From Woeseiaceae bacterium (GTDB taxonomy: Bacteria; Pseudomonadota; Gammaproteobacteria; Steroidobacterales; Woeseiaceae), in the NCBI GenBank assembly GCA_041743865.1, contig JBGTLY010000030.1, positions 8,410 through 72,409 of the forward strand: a DNA stretch of 64,000 nt. Reading direction: 5' to 3'. Below, in pieces: positions 31,674 to 40,595 of this stretch. Within the stretch, counting starts at the first letter, position 1, and each line of letters starts with the position of its first letter. The position numbers and the translations under genes were made by a program. Below the pieces are notes generated by a model. That model made no database searches, was not told the DNA's origin, and saw only the letters and a list, made by a program, of their open reading frames with translations.

Positions 31674-32225
31674 ATGAACAGGAATTCAACAGCGATTGGG
31701 TTACGGCTCGGGCTGGCCGTTGTCGCGCTTGGTGTCGCCGCGCCGGCCGTGGCAGACCGTCAGGGTGCGCAATACGAGTATGCGCGCGTCGTCAGCAGCG
31801 AGCCGATCGTGCGCTACGTGACCGTGCGCACCCCTGTCCGCGAGTGTTGGCAGGAGGAGCAGCACTACGAAGTTGCGCAGCCGGCGCCGGGAACGGGCAT
31901 CAGAACGCTGGTCGGTGCTGTTGTAGGTGGCGTGATTGGCCACCAGTTCGGTAGCGGCCGCGGGAACGACGCGGCCACGGTTGCGGGTACTTTCATTGGC
32001 GCAGCGGTCGGGAACTCCAGCGCACGCCGGCGGCACGGCTACGAAACCGTCGCGTATTCGCGCCCGGTCGAGCGCTGCAAGACGACGGTGCGTGAACGCA
32101 GCGAGGAACGCATAGACGGCTATCGTGTCGTCTACCAGTATCGCGGGCAGAAGTACGCGACGGAGATGCCCTATGATCCCGGCCGTGAACTGCGGGTACG
32201 CGTGGACGTGCGTCCGGCCGAGTAG
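31674..32225 (+). CDS. glycine-zipper 2TM domain protein (17-kDa surface-antigen-like), secreted
   Basis: ORF 31623..32225 trimmed to ATG 31674. Signal peptide, then glycine zipper LVGAVVGGVIGHQFGSGRGNDAATVAGTFIGAAVG. Confidence 0.7.
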   Translation: MNRNSTAIGLRLGLAVVALGVAAPAVADRQGAQYEYARVVSSEPIVRYVTVRTPVRECWQEEQHYEVAQPAPGTGIRTLVGAVVGGVIGHQFGSGRGNDAATVAGTFIGAAVGNSSARRRHGYETVAYSRPVERCKTTVRERSEERIDGYRVVYQYRGQKYATEMPYDPGRELRVRVDVRPAE

Positions 32226-32328
32226 TCACGGGCGCCGCCCTGTGATCCCTATCGTTGCAATACCTGAATCGACAGACGACACTTGGCGGCGTTTCCGGCG
32301 CCCGGCAACTTCCGATGAGCGAGAGACC

Positions 32329-32643
32329 GTGAGAGCGAAACTACATCTGCTGTTGGCCCTGGCGTGTGTCGCAGTCGCGACGCCGGCCAAGGCTATGGTG
32401 GACCTGGCGCGGCAGGGTGACGACAACCGGACAGTTCACCCGTTGCCGCCGTCCCATGCGACCCAGAGTGGCGGCATGAGCTTGTCAGAAGCCGTGGAGT
32501 CCGTGCGGCGTCGTGGCGACGTCGAACGAGTCATTTCCGCCGAGACCCGCGTGAGCAACGGGCGTGAAGTGCACCACATTCGCGTGATGACCCGGGACGG
32601 CAAGGTCAAGACGCACAAGGTCAGTGGCCGGCAGATCAACTAG
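32329..32643 (+). CDS. PepSY domain-containing secreted protein
   Basis: ORF 32125..32643 trimmed to in-frame GTG 32329, which gives a signal peptide (KLHLLLALACVAVATPAKA). C-terminal PepSY-like region SLSEAVESVRRRGDVERVISAETRVSNGREVHHIRVMTRDGKVKTHKV. Confidence 0.6.
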   Translation: MRAKLHLLLALACVAVATPAKAMVDLARQGDDNRTVHPLPPSHATQSGGMSLSEAVESVRRRGDVERVISAETRVSNGREVHHIRVMTRDGKVKTHKVSGRQIN

Positions 32644-32691
32644 GGCGCCGGCGGTTTTGGATTCGATCCGCAAAGACACCAGGAACGGGTT

Positions 32692-33378
32692 ATGAGACTG
32701 CTGCTCATCGAGGATGATGCGACGCTGCGTGCATCGCTGGCATCCCGCCTCAGGGCGGACGGCTTTGCGGTCGAAGAGGCGGCCGACGGCCGTGAGGGCC
32801 TGTACTTCGCGCAGGAATATCCGGTCGACCTGGCGATCGTGGACCTCGGCCTGCCGGAAGTGTCCGGGCTCGAACTCATTCGGCAGGTCCGGGAGCAGGG
32901 ACGAACCTACCCCATTCTCGTGTTGACCGCTCGCGACCGCTGGCAGGACAAGGTCGACGGGCTCGGCGCCGGTGCGGACGATTACGTCGTCAAGCCGTGC
33001 CACTACGAGGAAGTCAGCGCCCGGGTAAACGCGCTGTTGAGGCGTGCAGGCGGTTGGGCATCCTCGGTGCTCGAAGCCGGACCCATCGCGCTGGACATGT
33101 CACGGCAGGAGGTCAGGGCGAACGGCGATGCCATTGACCTCACGAATTTTGAATACAAGATCATCGAGTACCTGATGATGCGTGCCGGAGACGTCATCTC
33201 CAAGACGGAGCTCACCGACCGCTTGTACGACCAGGACTTCGAGCGTGACAGCAACGTGATCGAGGTGTTCATTGGCCGACTCAGGAAAAAGCTCGACCCG
33301 GACAATACAATCAGGCCGATAGAAACGCTGCGGGGCCGCGGCTACCGTTTCGCGCTCGAACGCAAAAAAGCCGACTGA
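32692..33378 (+). CDS. OmpR/PhoB-family response regulator (PhoP-like)
   Basis: Receiver domain (LLIEDD, DLAIVDLGLP phospho-Asp, LVLTARD, DDYVVKP) plus a winged-helix output domain (TLRGRGYRF). Confidence 0.93.
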   Translation: MRLLLIEDDATLRASLASRLRADGFAVEEAADGREGLYFAQEYPVDLAIVDLGLPEVSGLELIRQVREQGRTYPILVLTARDRWQDKVDGLGAGADDYVVKPCHYEEVSARVNALLRRAGGWASSVLEAGPIALDMSRQEVRANGDAIDLTNFEYKIIEYLMMRAGDVISKTELTDRLYDQDFERDSNVIEVFIGRLRKKLDPDNTIRPIETLRGRGYRFALERKKAD

Positions 33379-33384
33379 CGCTCG

Positions 33385-34758
33385 ATGTCGTCCCTGAGCG
33401 CACGGCTGTTGGTCTCGGTCAGTGTGCTGCTGCTGGTCTTTTTCGGCGCGACCATCGTCGTCCTCGATACCGCGTTCGTATCTGCCGGCGAACGGGCCCG
33501 GGAAGAGATTCTCGACGGCTATCTGATGCAATTGCTCGCCGATGCGGAGCCGTCGAGCGCGCACCAGCTCGTCCTGCCGCCGGATCTCGTGGAGCCGCGA
33601 TTCAACACACTCGGGTCCGGCCTGTACGCCGAACTCGAACGGGGTGATGGATCCGCCGCATGGCAGTCGCGTTCGGCATTAGGCCTCGAGCTCCCCGGTG
33701 GGCCGGCACCGGAACCCGGCGACGAAGCCTTCGGACGGGCGCAGCTCGCCGACGGTACGCCGCTCCTCACATTGAGCCTTGCGGTGCAATGGGAATTTCC
33801 CGATGGCAGACTCGAGCCCTACGTCTTCCGAGTCTACGAAAGTCTCGACGCCTTCAACGCGCAGGTCGCGGATTTTCGACGCCAGATGTTCGGCTGGTTC
33901 GGCGGCGTTGCCGCATTCATGTTGTTCGCCATTGCACTCATGATGCGCAGGCTTTTGTCGCCGCTACGGCAGATCGAAAGCGAGATTCGTGATATCGAGG
34001 ACGGCGGTCGGGTTGCACTTTCGGAGCAGCTTCCCACCGAGCTGAGCGGCGTTGCGAGGAATATGAACCTTCTCATCGACAGTGAACGAGCCAGGTCCAA
34101 TCGCTACCGCTACACGCTGGATAACCTGGCCCATAGTCTGAAGACCCCGCTGGCTGCCGTACGCGCACTGCTCGATGATGGCGATGACGGGGTTCAGCAG
34201 AGGCGCATCAACGAACAGGTCGAACGCATGGACGAGATCGTCCGTTACCAGCTCAGGAAACCGGCAACGGCGCAAAGCACGGTCGGGCTTGCGCCCGTGC
34301 CGGTCAATGCCGAAGTGCAAAAGCTCGTGGCCGGACTCAGCAAGGTATACCGGGAAAAGTCACCCGAGTTCCATCTTCAGGTCGCACCGGACCTGGTATT
34401 CCGGGGTGACGCCGGCGATTTCCTCGAGCTCGCCGGCAACCTGCTCGACAACGCCTGCAAGTGGTGCCGTCGGCAGGTAAGCCTGACGCTGGAACCGGCG
34501 CAACCCGGCAATCCGCGGGCCAGCGGGCTTCGTTTGCGCGTCGAGGACGATGGTCCTGGCATTCCGGACCACGCCGCGGAACGATTGCTTGTTCGTGGCA
34601 CGCGGCTCGACGAGTCGACGCCCGGACACGGGATCGGGCTTGCGATCGTCCGGGATATTGCACGCGCCTACGGCGGCGACCTGGCGATCGGCCGCTCCCC
34701 GCTGGGCGGTGCCGCGATCATGGTGCACATTCCGCCCTGGCCGGTCGTGCGACCCTGA
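33385..34758 (+). CDS. sensor histidine kinase (PhoQ-like architecture)
   Basis: Two TM segments flank a periplasmic domain. HAMP region, H-box LDNLAHSLKTPLA, N box LLDNACKW, G boxes DDGPGIP and GHGIGLAIV. Confidence 0.9.
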   Translation: MSSLSARLLVSVSVLLLVFFGATIVVLDTAFVSAGERAREEILDGYLMQLLADAEPSSAHQLVLPPDLVEPRFNTLGSGLYAELERGDGSAAWQSRSALGLELPGGPAPEPGDEAFGRAQLADGTPLLTLSLAVQWEFPDGRLEPYVFRVYESLDAFNAQVADFRRQMFGWFGGVAAFMLFAIALMMRRLLSPLRQIESEIRDIEDGGRVALSEQLPTELSGVARNMNLLIDSERARSNRYRYTLDNLAHSLKTPLAAVRALLDDGDDGVQQRRINEQVERMDEIVRYQLRKPATAQSTVGLAPVPVNAEVQKLVAGLSKVYREKSPEFHLQVAPDLVFRGDAGDFLELAGNLLDNACKWCRRQVSLTLEPAQPGNPRASGLRLRVEDDGPGIPDHAAERLLVRGTRLDESTPGHGIGLAIVRDIARAYGGDLAIGRSPLGGAAIMVHIPPWPVVRP

Positions 34759-34768
34759 ACGGGCGTCC

Positions 34769-35560
34769 TTAGTTCGAATCCCCGGACGAATCCGCGGACG
34801 AGTTCCGGGACCGCTTCGAAAACTTGAGGAAAGAATCGAGCATCTCCATGGGCACCGGGAAAACGATGGTGTTGGTTCGCTCGTTCGAAATTTCCTTGAG
34901 TGTTTGCAGGTAGCGCAGTTGCAGCGCCTGCTCCTCGGTCGCGAGCATGCGGGCCGCCTCGGCCAGTTTCGCTGCGGCCTGCTGCTCGCCTTCGGCGTTG
35001 ATGACCTTGGCACGTCGCGCACGCTCCGCCTCGGCTTGCTGCGCAATCGCGCGGATCATGCTTTCGTCCAGATCGACGTGCTTGATCTCGACATTCGCGA
35101 CCTTGATGCCCCAGTTGTCCGTGCGCTGGTCGAGAATCACCTGAATGTCCGCGTTGAGCTTGTCGCGTTCGGCCAGCATGTCGTCGAGGTCGTGCTGGCC
35201 CAGTACGGAACGCAAGGTGGTTTGGGACAGCTGACTGGTGGCTTCAAAAGCATTGGCGACACGAATCACGGCTTTTTCCGGATCGACAATCCGGAAATAA
35301 ATGACAGCATTGACCTTGACCGAAACGTTGTCGCGGGAGATCACATCCTGCGTCGGCACGTCCATTACCACGACGCGAAGATCGACCTTGATCATCTTTT
35401 GCAGCCCGGGGATCAGGAGAATGAGGCCGGGCCCTTTTACTGACTGGAACCGGCCGAGAAAGAAGATAACGCCTCTCTCGTACTCCTGAAGGATCTTGAT
35501 CGTGTTGTACAGGATCACGATCAGCAGGGCGGCGATGATACCTACGGTGGCAATGGGCAT
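34769..35560 (-). CDS. SPFH/band-7 stomatin-like protein (slipin)
   Basis: N-terminal TM segment, then the SPFH core ([40 protein letters not shown]). Downstream partner of nfeD. Confidence 0.9.
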   Translation of the reverse strand: MPIATVGIIAALLIVILYNTIKILQEYERGVIFFLGRFQSVKGPGLILLIPGLQKMIKVDLRVVVMDVPTQDVISRDNVSVKVNAVIYFRIVDPEKAVIRVANAFEATSQLSQTTLRSVLGQHDLDDMLAERDKLNADIQVILDQRTDNWGIKVANVEIKHVDLDESMIRAIAQQAEAERARRAKVINAEGEQQAAAKLAEAARMLATEEQALQLRYLQTLKEISNERTNTIVFPVPMEMLDSFLKFSKRSRNSSADSSGDSN

Positions 35561-35590
35561 GAAGACTCTCCTCGAGTCGGCGTTGCGTAA

Positions 35591-37069
35591 TCAGGATTCG
35601 GGCTGGTACCGGTGCTCGGGAAGATCGGCCGCTGCAGGCTCGACATACAGTACGAGGCCTTCGAGACGGGTGACGATCGCATCCTGGTCCTTGATCAGCG
35701 GGACCGGCGAATAGGCGGCCCAGGCCTCTCCTTCAAGCCAGACGCGGCCGTTGCCCGTAAAGTCTTCCATGGCGACGGCACGGCCCCCGATGATCGAGCC
35801 GCGTCCGGATACGGCCCCACGCTTGCGCAGTTTGATGACGTAGCGGGTCAGCCAGGCGATGGCGAGTGCCGCGACGATAGCCACTGCGATGACAAATGCA
35901 ACCGAGATACCGAAGCCGGGGACGTCGCTGTCGAACATGATGATGGCCCCAAAGACAAAGGCGGCAACGCCGCCGAGCCCGAGTGCGCCGAAACTCGGCG
36001 CGAATGCTTCCGCGGTCATGAGGGCCAGGCCCACGATGATCAATGCAAGTCCCGCGTAATTTACCGGGATTACCTGCAATGCATAGGCCGCCAGCAGCAG
36101 GCAGATGATGCCGACGACGCCGGGCAGGATCGCACCGGGGTTCCAGCCTTCGTACATCAGTCCGTACAGGCCGACCATACCGAGCAACAACACGATTTCC
36201 GGGTTGCTGATGACCGACAACAGCCTGATGCGCCAGTTAGGTTCGAAGGCGACCAGTTCTGCCTTCGCCGTCTCGAGAGTGACGCTGCCGGTATTGAGCT
36301 TCACTTCGACACCGTCGAGCTTCTGCAGCAGGTCTTCCTCGTCGTCAGCGATGAATTCGATCACATTTTTCTCGAGAGCCTCCCGTGCCGTCAGCGTGGC
36401 CGCATCGCGCACGGCTGACTCGGCCCAGTCGGCATTTCGTCCGTGACGTTCGGCCAGGGCCCGAATATAGGCGACGGAATCGTTCAGCACTTTCTTTTCC
36501 ATCGCCGAGCCGCCGCTCCGCCGCGGTTCGGCGTCAGCGGGTTTGTTCTCGCCTTCTTCGGCCGTTTCCCCGCCGCCATCGGCATCCTCCGGCGCGTCGT
36601 CCGACGTCTCGTCATCCGCTCGCCACTCCTCGACATCGCGCGGCGTGACGTCGTCACCCGTGATGGACACCGGCGTCGCCGCGCCGAGATGGGTCGTAGG
36701 TGCCATGGCGGCCACGTGGCTCGCGAGCAGGATGTACGTGCCGGCACTGTCGGCACGGGCACCCCCTGGCGCGACGAAGGTGGCCACCGGGACGGGGGAG
36801 GCGAGTATGGCCTTCACGATGTCGCGCATCGAGTTGACCAGGCCGCCCGGCGTATCCATGCGCAGGATCACGAGTTCTGCGTCCGTCTCCGCGGCGTGCT
36901 CGAGCCCGGTGGTGAGGTAGTCAGCGGTCGCGACACCGATCGCGCCCTCGACGTCGAGTACGACGACATCGGCGGACAGGGCGGGCGCGGACGCGACCAG
37001 CCCGAGCACCAGCGCGGTCCAGGCTCGCGAGAGTACCGCTTTCGGGCAGGATCGACGGGGTATGCTCAT
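35591..37069 (-). CDS. NfeD family membrane-bound ClpP-class serine protease
   Basis: ORF 35591..37129 trimmed to ATG 37069. Signal peptide, a ClpP-like domain (ILRMDTPGGLV, ADSAGTYILLAS), several TM helices and a C-terminal NfeD OB-fold. Operon partner of the stomatin-like gene. Confidence 0.85.
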   Translation of the reverse strand: MSIPRRSCPKAVLSRAWTALVLGLVASAPALSADVVVLDVEGAIGVATADYLTTGLEHAAETDAELVILRMDTPGGLVNSMRDIVKAILASPVPVATFVAPGGARADSAGTYILLASHVAAMAPTTHLGAATPVSITGDDVTPRDVEEWRADDETSDDAPEDADGGGETAEEGENKPADAEPRRSGGSAMEKKVLNDSVAYIRALAERHGRNADWAESAVRDAATLTAREALEKNVIEFIADDEEDLLQKLDGVEVKLNTGSVTLETAKAELVAFEPNWRIRLLSVISNPEIVLLLGMVGLYGLMYEGWNPGAILPGVVGIICLLLAAYALQVIPVNYAGLALIIVGLALMTAEAFAPSFGALGLGGVAAFVFGAIIMFDSDVPGFGISVAFVIAVAIVAALAIAWLTRYVIKLRKRGAVSGRGSIIGGRAVAMEDFTGNGRVWLEGEAWAAYSPVPLIKDQDAIVTRLEGLVLYVEPAAADLPEHRYQPES

Positions 37070-37088
37070 GCTGTCATGATAACAGGCC

Positions 37089-37571
37089 ATGTTCATCCGA
37101 TTCATCACTACCGGCGGCACCATCGACAAGATCTACTTCGATGAGCTCAGCCGCTTCGCGGTCGGCGAGTCCCAGCTCGACCGCATGCTGGGCGAAGCGC
37201 TCGTCGATTTCCGCTATGACATCGTCCCTGTGCTCGCCAAGGACAGCCTCGAGATAACGGAATCTGACCGGGAACTCCTGCGGCAGACCATCGCCGACGA
37301 CGACCAGGATCGCTTCGTCGTCACCCACGGAACGGACACCATGGCTGAAACAGCCGCAGCGCTGACCGGTCTCGGCAGCAAAACCATCGTCCTGACGGGT
37401 GCGCTGTCGCCGGCGCGCTTCCGGACCACGGATGCGGTATTCAACGTGGGCATGGCCGTCGCCACGGTCCAGACGGCTGCCCCCGGTGTCTACATCGCGA
37501 TGAACGGGCAGGTGTTCGCGGCCGGGCAGGTGCGCAAGAACCGGGAGGAAAATCGGTTCGAGGCACTGTAG
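37089..37571 (+). CDS. asparaginase-like protein, N-terminal catalytic domain only (160 aa)
   Basis: FITTGGTIDK (nucleophile Thr motif), VTHGTDTMAETA (Thr-Asp pair), VLTGALSPARF and MNGQVFAAGQVRKN (Lys) align with E. coli AnsB motifs as I recall them. The C-terminal domain is missing. Confidence 0.75.
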   Translation: MFIRFITTGGTIDKIYFDELSRFAVGESQLDRMLGEALVDFRYDIVPVLAKDSLEITESDRELLRQTIADDDQDRFVVTHGTDTMAETAAALTGLGSKTIVLTGALSPARFRTTDAVFNVGMAVATVQTAAPGVYIAMNGQVFAAGQVRKNREENRFEAL

Positions 37572-37660
37572 GAGCGGCCCATGGCCGCGAACGCGGTGGA
37601 GCCTGGCCGCATTGCTGGCTTATGCGACCCCGCGATCGCGGCCATGGGCCGCTCCTACAG
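37566..37660. repeat. REP/BIME-like element: perfect 25-bp inverted repeat (CTGTAGGAGCGGCCCATGGCCGCGA ... TCGCGGCCATGGGCCGCTCCTACAG) with a 45-bp spacer; probable bidirectional terminator
   Basis: Arms at 37566..37590 and 37636..37660 are exact reverse complements, read directly. Each arm also holds its own 6-bp stem / 3-nt loop hairpin (GCGGCC-CAT-GGCCGC). It lies between convergent genes. Confidence 0.8.
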
Positions 37661-39172
37661 GTCGAACTTGATCCCCTGGGCGAGCGGCAGCGCCGAACCC
37701 CAGTTGATCGTGTTGGTCTGCCGGCGCATGTAGGCCTTCCACGCGTCCGACCCTGACTCCCGGCCACCGCCTGTTTCCTTCTCCCCACCGAACGCGCCGC
37801 CGATCTCGGCACCGGAGGTGCCGATGTTCACGTTGGCGATGCCGCAATCGGATCCCGCGGCGGACAGGAAGACTTCCGCGTTTTGCAGTTTGTCCGTAAA
37901 GATCGCGGATGACAGCCCCTGAACGACGCCATTGTGCATGGCGATCGCATCGTCGAGCGAATCGAACGGGATCAGGTAGAGGACCGGACCGAAAGTTTCG
38001 GTCTGGACGATCTCCCAGTGGTTCTCCGCGACCGCGATCGCCGGTGTGATGTAGTTGCCTGGACCCTCGAGTCGTTCGCCCCCACACAGCACCTCGCCGC
38101 CAGCGGAACGCACTGACCCGAGCGCCGCCTCTACACGTTCTATTGAGGCAGGCTCGATCAGGGGCCCCATCAGCGTATCGTCGTCCAGCGGATTGCCGAT
38201 GCGTACCTGGCGGTAGGCGCTCACAAGGGCCTTTTTCAGTTCGTCGAAGCGCGATCGCTGCACGAGCACACGCCGGGTTGACGTGCAACGCTGGCCGGCT
38301 GTCCCGACAGCGCCGAAAACGATTGCCGGGACGGCGAGCTCCAGATTGGCGTGTTCGTCGACGATGATGGCGTTGTTGCCGCCGAGTTCGAGCAGGCTCT
38401 TGCCCATGCGGGCCGCGACGTTAACGCCAACCTGCCTGCCGATTGCAGACGAGCCCGTGAACGAGAGAAGGTCTACGCGCGGATCGTTGACAAAGGCTTC
38501 GGCAAGCTTGTTCGTCCCGTCGTTGACCAGGAAAAATACGGGCGGGAGGTCTTCTTTCGCCAACGCTTCGTTAATGATTCGCTGGACGGCGACGCCGCAC
38601 AACGGTGTCCTCGGGGAAGGCTTCCAGACATTCACGTTGCCGCAGATGGCCGCAATAAAAGCATTCCAGGCATAAACGGCCACAGGGAAATTGAATGCCG
38701 AAATCGTGCCGACGATGCCGAGTGGATGCCATTGTTCGTACATGCGATGCGATGGCCGCTCAGAATGCATCGTCTTCCCGTACAGCATGCGGGACTGGCC
38801 GACCGCGAAATCGGCGATGTCGATCATTTCCTGCACTTCGCCGATGCCCTCGGCCCGGATTTTGCCCACTTCAAGCGTGACGAGGCTGCCCAGCGCATCG
38901 CGCTTGTCGCGCAAGGCGTCGCCGATCAGCCGTACCGCATTGCCGCGCACCGGCGCCGGAATCGTGCGCCAGGTCAGGAAGGCCTCCCGCGCGGCCCCCA
39001 TCACCTGCTCGTACTCCGCTTTCGTCGTCGCGCGTACGCTCGCTATGGTCTCGCCGGTGGCCGGGTTGACGGACTCTATGCGTGGCGCACTGTCATCCAT
39101 GAGGCTCGTCGCCCCGAGCCACGTACCGGCGTTGACAGCGTCAAGCCCAACGCTTTCGAGAATCGATTTCAT
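37655..39172 (-). CDS. aldehyde dehydrogenase, ALDH7 type (L-piperideine-6-carboxylate / alpha-aminoadipic semialdehyde dehydrogenase)
   Basis: 505 aa. Matches antiquitin-type ALDH (VNPATGETIA, EVGKIRAEGIGEVQEMIDIADFAVGQSR, ISAFNFPVAVYAWN). Catalytic ELGGNNA and GTAGQRCTS. Paired with the upstream lysine/saccharopine dehydrogenase gene. Confidence 0.87.
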   Translation of the reverse strand: MKSILESVGLDAVNAGTWLGATSLMDDSAPRIESVNPATGETIASVRATTKAEYEQVMGAAREAFLTWRTIPAPVRGNAVRLIGDALRDKRDALGSLVTLEVGKIRAEGIGEVQEMIDIADFAVGQSRMLYGKTMHSERPSHRMYEQWHPLGIVGTISAFNFPVAVYAWNAFIAAICGNVNVWKPSPRTPLCGVAVQRIINEALAKEDLPPVFFLVNDGTNKLAEAFVNDPRVDLLSFTGSSAIGRQVGVNVAARMGKSLLELGGNNAIIVDEHANLELAVPAIVFGAVGTAGQRCTSTRRVLVQRSRFDELKKALVSAYRQVRIGNPLDDDTLMGPLIEPASIERVEAALGSVRSAGGEVLCGGERLEGPGNYITPAIAVAENHWEIVQTETFGPVLYLIPFDSLDDAIAMHNGVVQGLSSAIFTDKLQNAEVFLSAAGSDCGIANVNIGTSGAEIGGAFGGEKETGGGRESGSDAWKAYMRRQTNTINWGSALPLAQGIKFDL

Positions 39173-40356
39173 GCGCCTGCCTTCGCTTTTCGTTTGCCCG
39201 CCCCCACCCGCTGGTGACCGGTCTTGCCGCGGGCGATCAGGTTCGCCGATTCGAGATTGTTGCCGCCGTGCTTGTAGTAGCGACCGAAGCGGTTGCCGAG
39301 GATATCGTCCAGGAGGAATTGCTCCTGCGCAACGAAGCCCGCGAAGCGGCCTGGCGTGGACAGCACGATGTCCAGCACGCTGCAGATCCCCGCCGCGGTC
39401 GTGACCTGAATGGCGGACCAGAGCCGCCCGGCGACGACCTGCGGATAGACCTTGTTGACGTAGTTTTCCTCGCGGAACTCGCCGTCCTGCACGCCGGTGA
39501 CGGCGGCGTAGATGATTACTACGTCCTGCAGCGTTTGCGGAACGGCGTTTTCCAGGATGCGCTTCAGGGTATCGCGATCATGATTGAGTCGCAGGCCGTT
39601 CATCAGCAGGCGCATTTGCTCGCAGTGCCCGGGGTATCGGATGGTCTTGTAGTTCATCGAACTGACATTCTTGCCGTAGGTCTCCGCCAGCGAGCCCAGT
39701 CCCCCCGAGGTATTGAACGCTTCATACAGGGTGCCGTCGATCTCGATTTCCTCGAGGCCCTCGAGCGGCAGTACTTCGACATCCTTGCCGTTGACGATGG
39801 CATTGCACAGGTTGCCGTATTCGTTGATTACGCCGTCCGTCGACCAGGTCAGCGAGTACTTCAGCACGTTGTTCGGGTTTTGCGGCAAGGCGCCGACCCT
39901 GAGCTTGACGGTGCGGAGGCTGTCGAAATGCTTGATCAATTCATTGGCGGCGATGCTGATAAAGCCCGGCGCGAGCCCGCACTGCGGCGCGAATACCTTG
40001 TCGGAGTCGCGCGCGATGTCGCGCACTCGCGCGGTGACGGCGACATCCTCGGTCAGGTCGAAATAGTGAAGACCCTCGCTTCGCGCCACTTCGGCCACCG
40101 CAACGTTGCAGAAGTAGGGGAGGCCGGACACGACCGCGGTCGGGGAATGCGCGCGGACGTGTTCGGTGAGCGCCGACCGGTCCGCAGCATCGAGACAATA
40201 GGGCTCGATCTGCGTAAGTCCGTGCGCCGTGGCGACTTCATCGGCGGCGCCGTCCCGGGCGTCCGCAAGCTGTACGCGAAAATCACCGCTTTCCGCGAGC
40301 AGTCCGGAAATCAGCGCTCCGATCTTGCCGGCACCCAGCACTAATATGTCCTGCAT
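39169..40356 (-). CDS. saccharopine dehydrogenase family protein (L-lysine 6-dehydrogenase-like)
   Basis: Rossmann motif ILVLGAGKIG at the N-terminus and a saccharopine dehydrogenase C-terminal fold (LKYSLTWSTDGVINEY, IRYPGH). 4-nt overlap with the downstream ALDH7 gene. Confidence 0.8.
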   Translation of the reverse strand: MQDILVLGAGKIGALISGLLAESGDFRVQLADARDGAADEVATAHGLTQIEPYCLDAADRSALTEHVRAHSPTAVVSGLPYFCNVAVAEVARSEGLHYFDLTEDVAVTARVRDIARDSDKVFAPQCGLAPGFISIAANELIKHFDSLRTVKLRVGALPQNPNNVLKYSLTWSTDGVINEYGNLCNAIVNGKDVEVLPLEGLEEIEIDGTLYEAFNTSGGLGSLAETYGKNVSSMNYKTIRYPGHCEQMRLLMNGLRLNHDRDTLKRILENAVPQTLQDVVIIYAAVTGVQDGEFREENYVNKVYPQVVAGRLWSAIQVTTAAGICSVLDIVLSTPGRFAGFVAQEQFLLDDILGNRFGRYYKHGGNNLESANLIARGKTGHQRVGAGKRKAKAGA

Positions 40357-40561
40357 AGACTTCCCCGTTTCCAGTGTTCCGGCTCAGGCTCGCACGACGG
40401 CGAGAGGCTGGCGAAAGGCGGGCATTGTGCCAAAAAATCGGACCAAAAGGATCACGGCAGGAGTCATTGCGGTATGCTGCGCGAACGCGTCTGCGCAGCC
40501 CTCGACAAGCCCTTGATTGCGCACGAAACTTTTGCTCCATTGCGATGCAACATGGCATAGT

Positions 40562-40595
40562 CCCCTGTTCCCGGGGCATCAAAGGCCCTTTTTTT
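40562..40595 (+). promoter_or_regulatory. two small mutually exclusive GC hairpins followed by T7, in the leader of the DAHP synthase gene (speculative attenuator-like element)
   Basis: CCCC (40562..40565) can pair with GGGG (40573..40576). Alternatively GGGC (40574..40577) can pair with GCCC (40585..40588), followed by TTTTTTT at 40589..40595. Stems are only 4-5 bp. Confidence 0.2.

Noticed and set aside
39214-40344. 376-aa plus-strand ORF opposite the saccharopine dehydrogenase gene
   Set aside because: It is an antisense shadow. The minus-strand frame has a Rossmann motif and a family-typical C-terminal domain.
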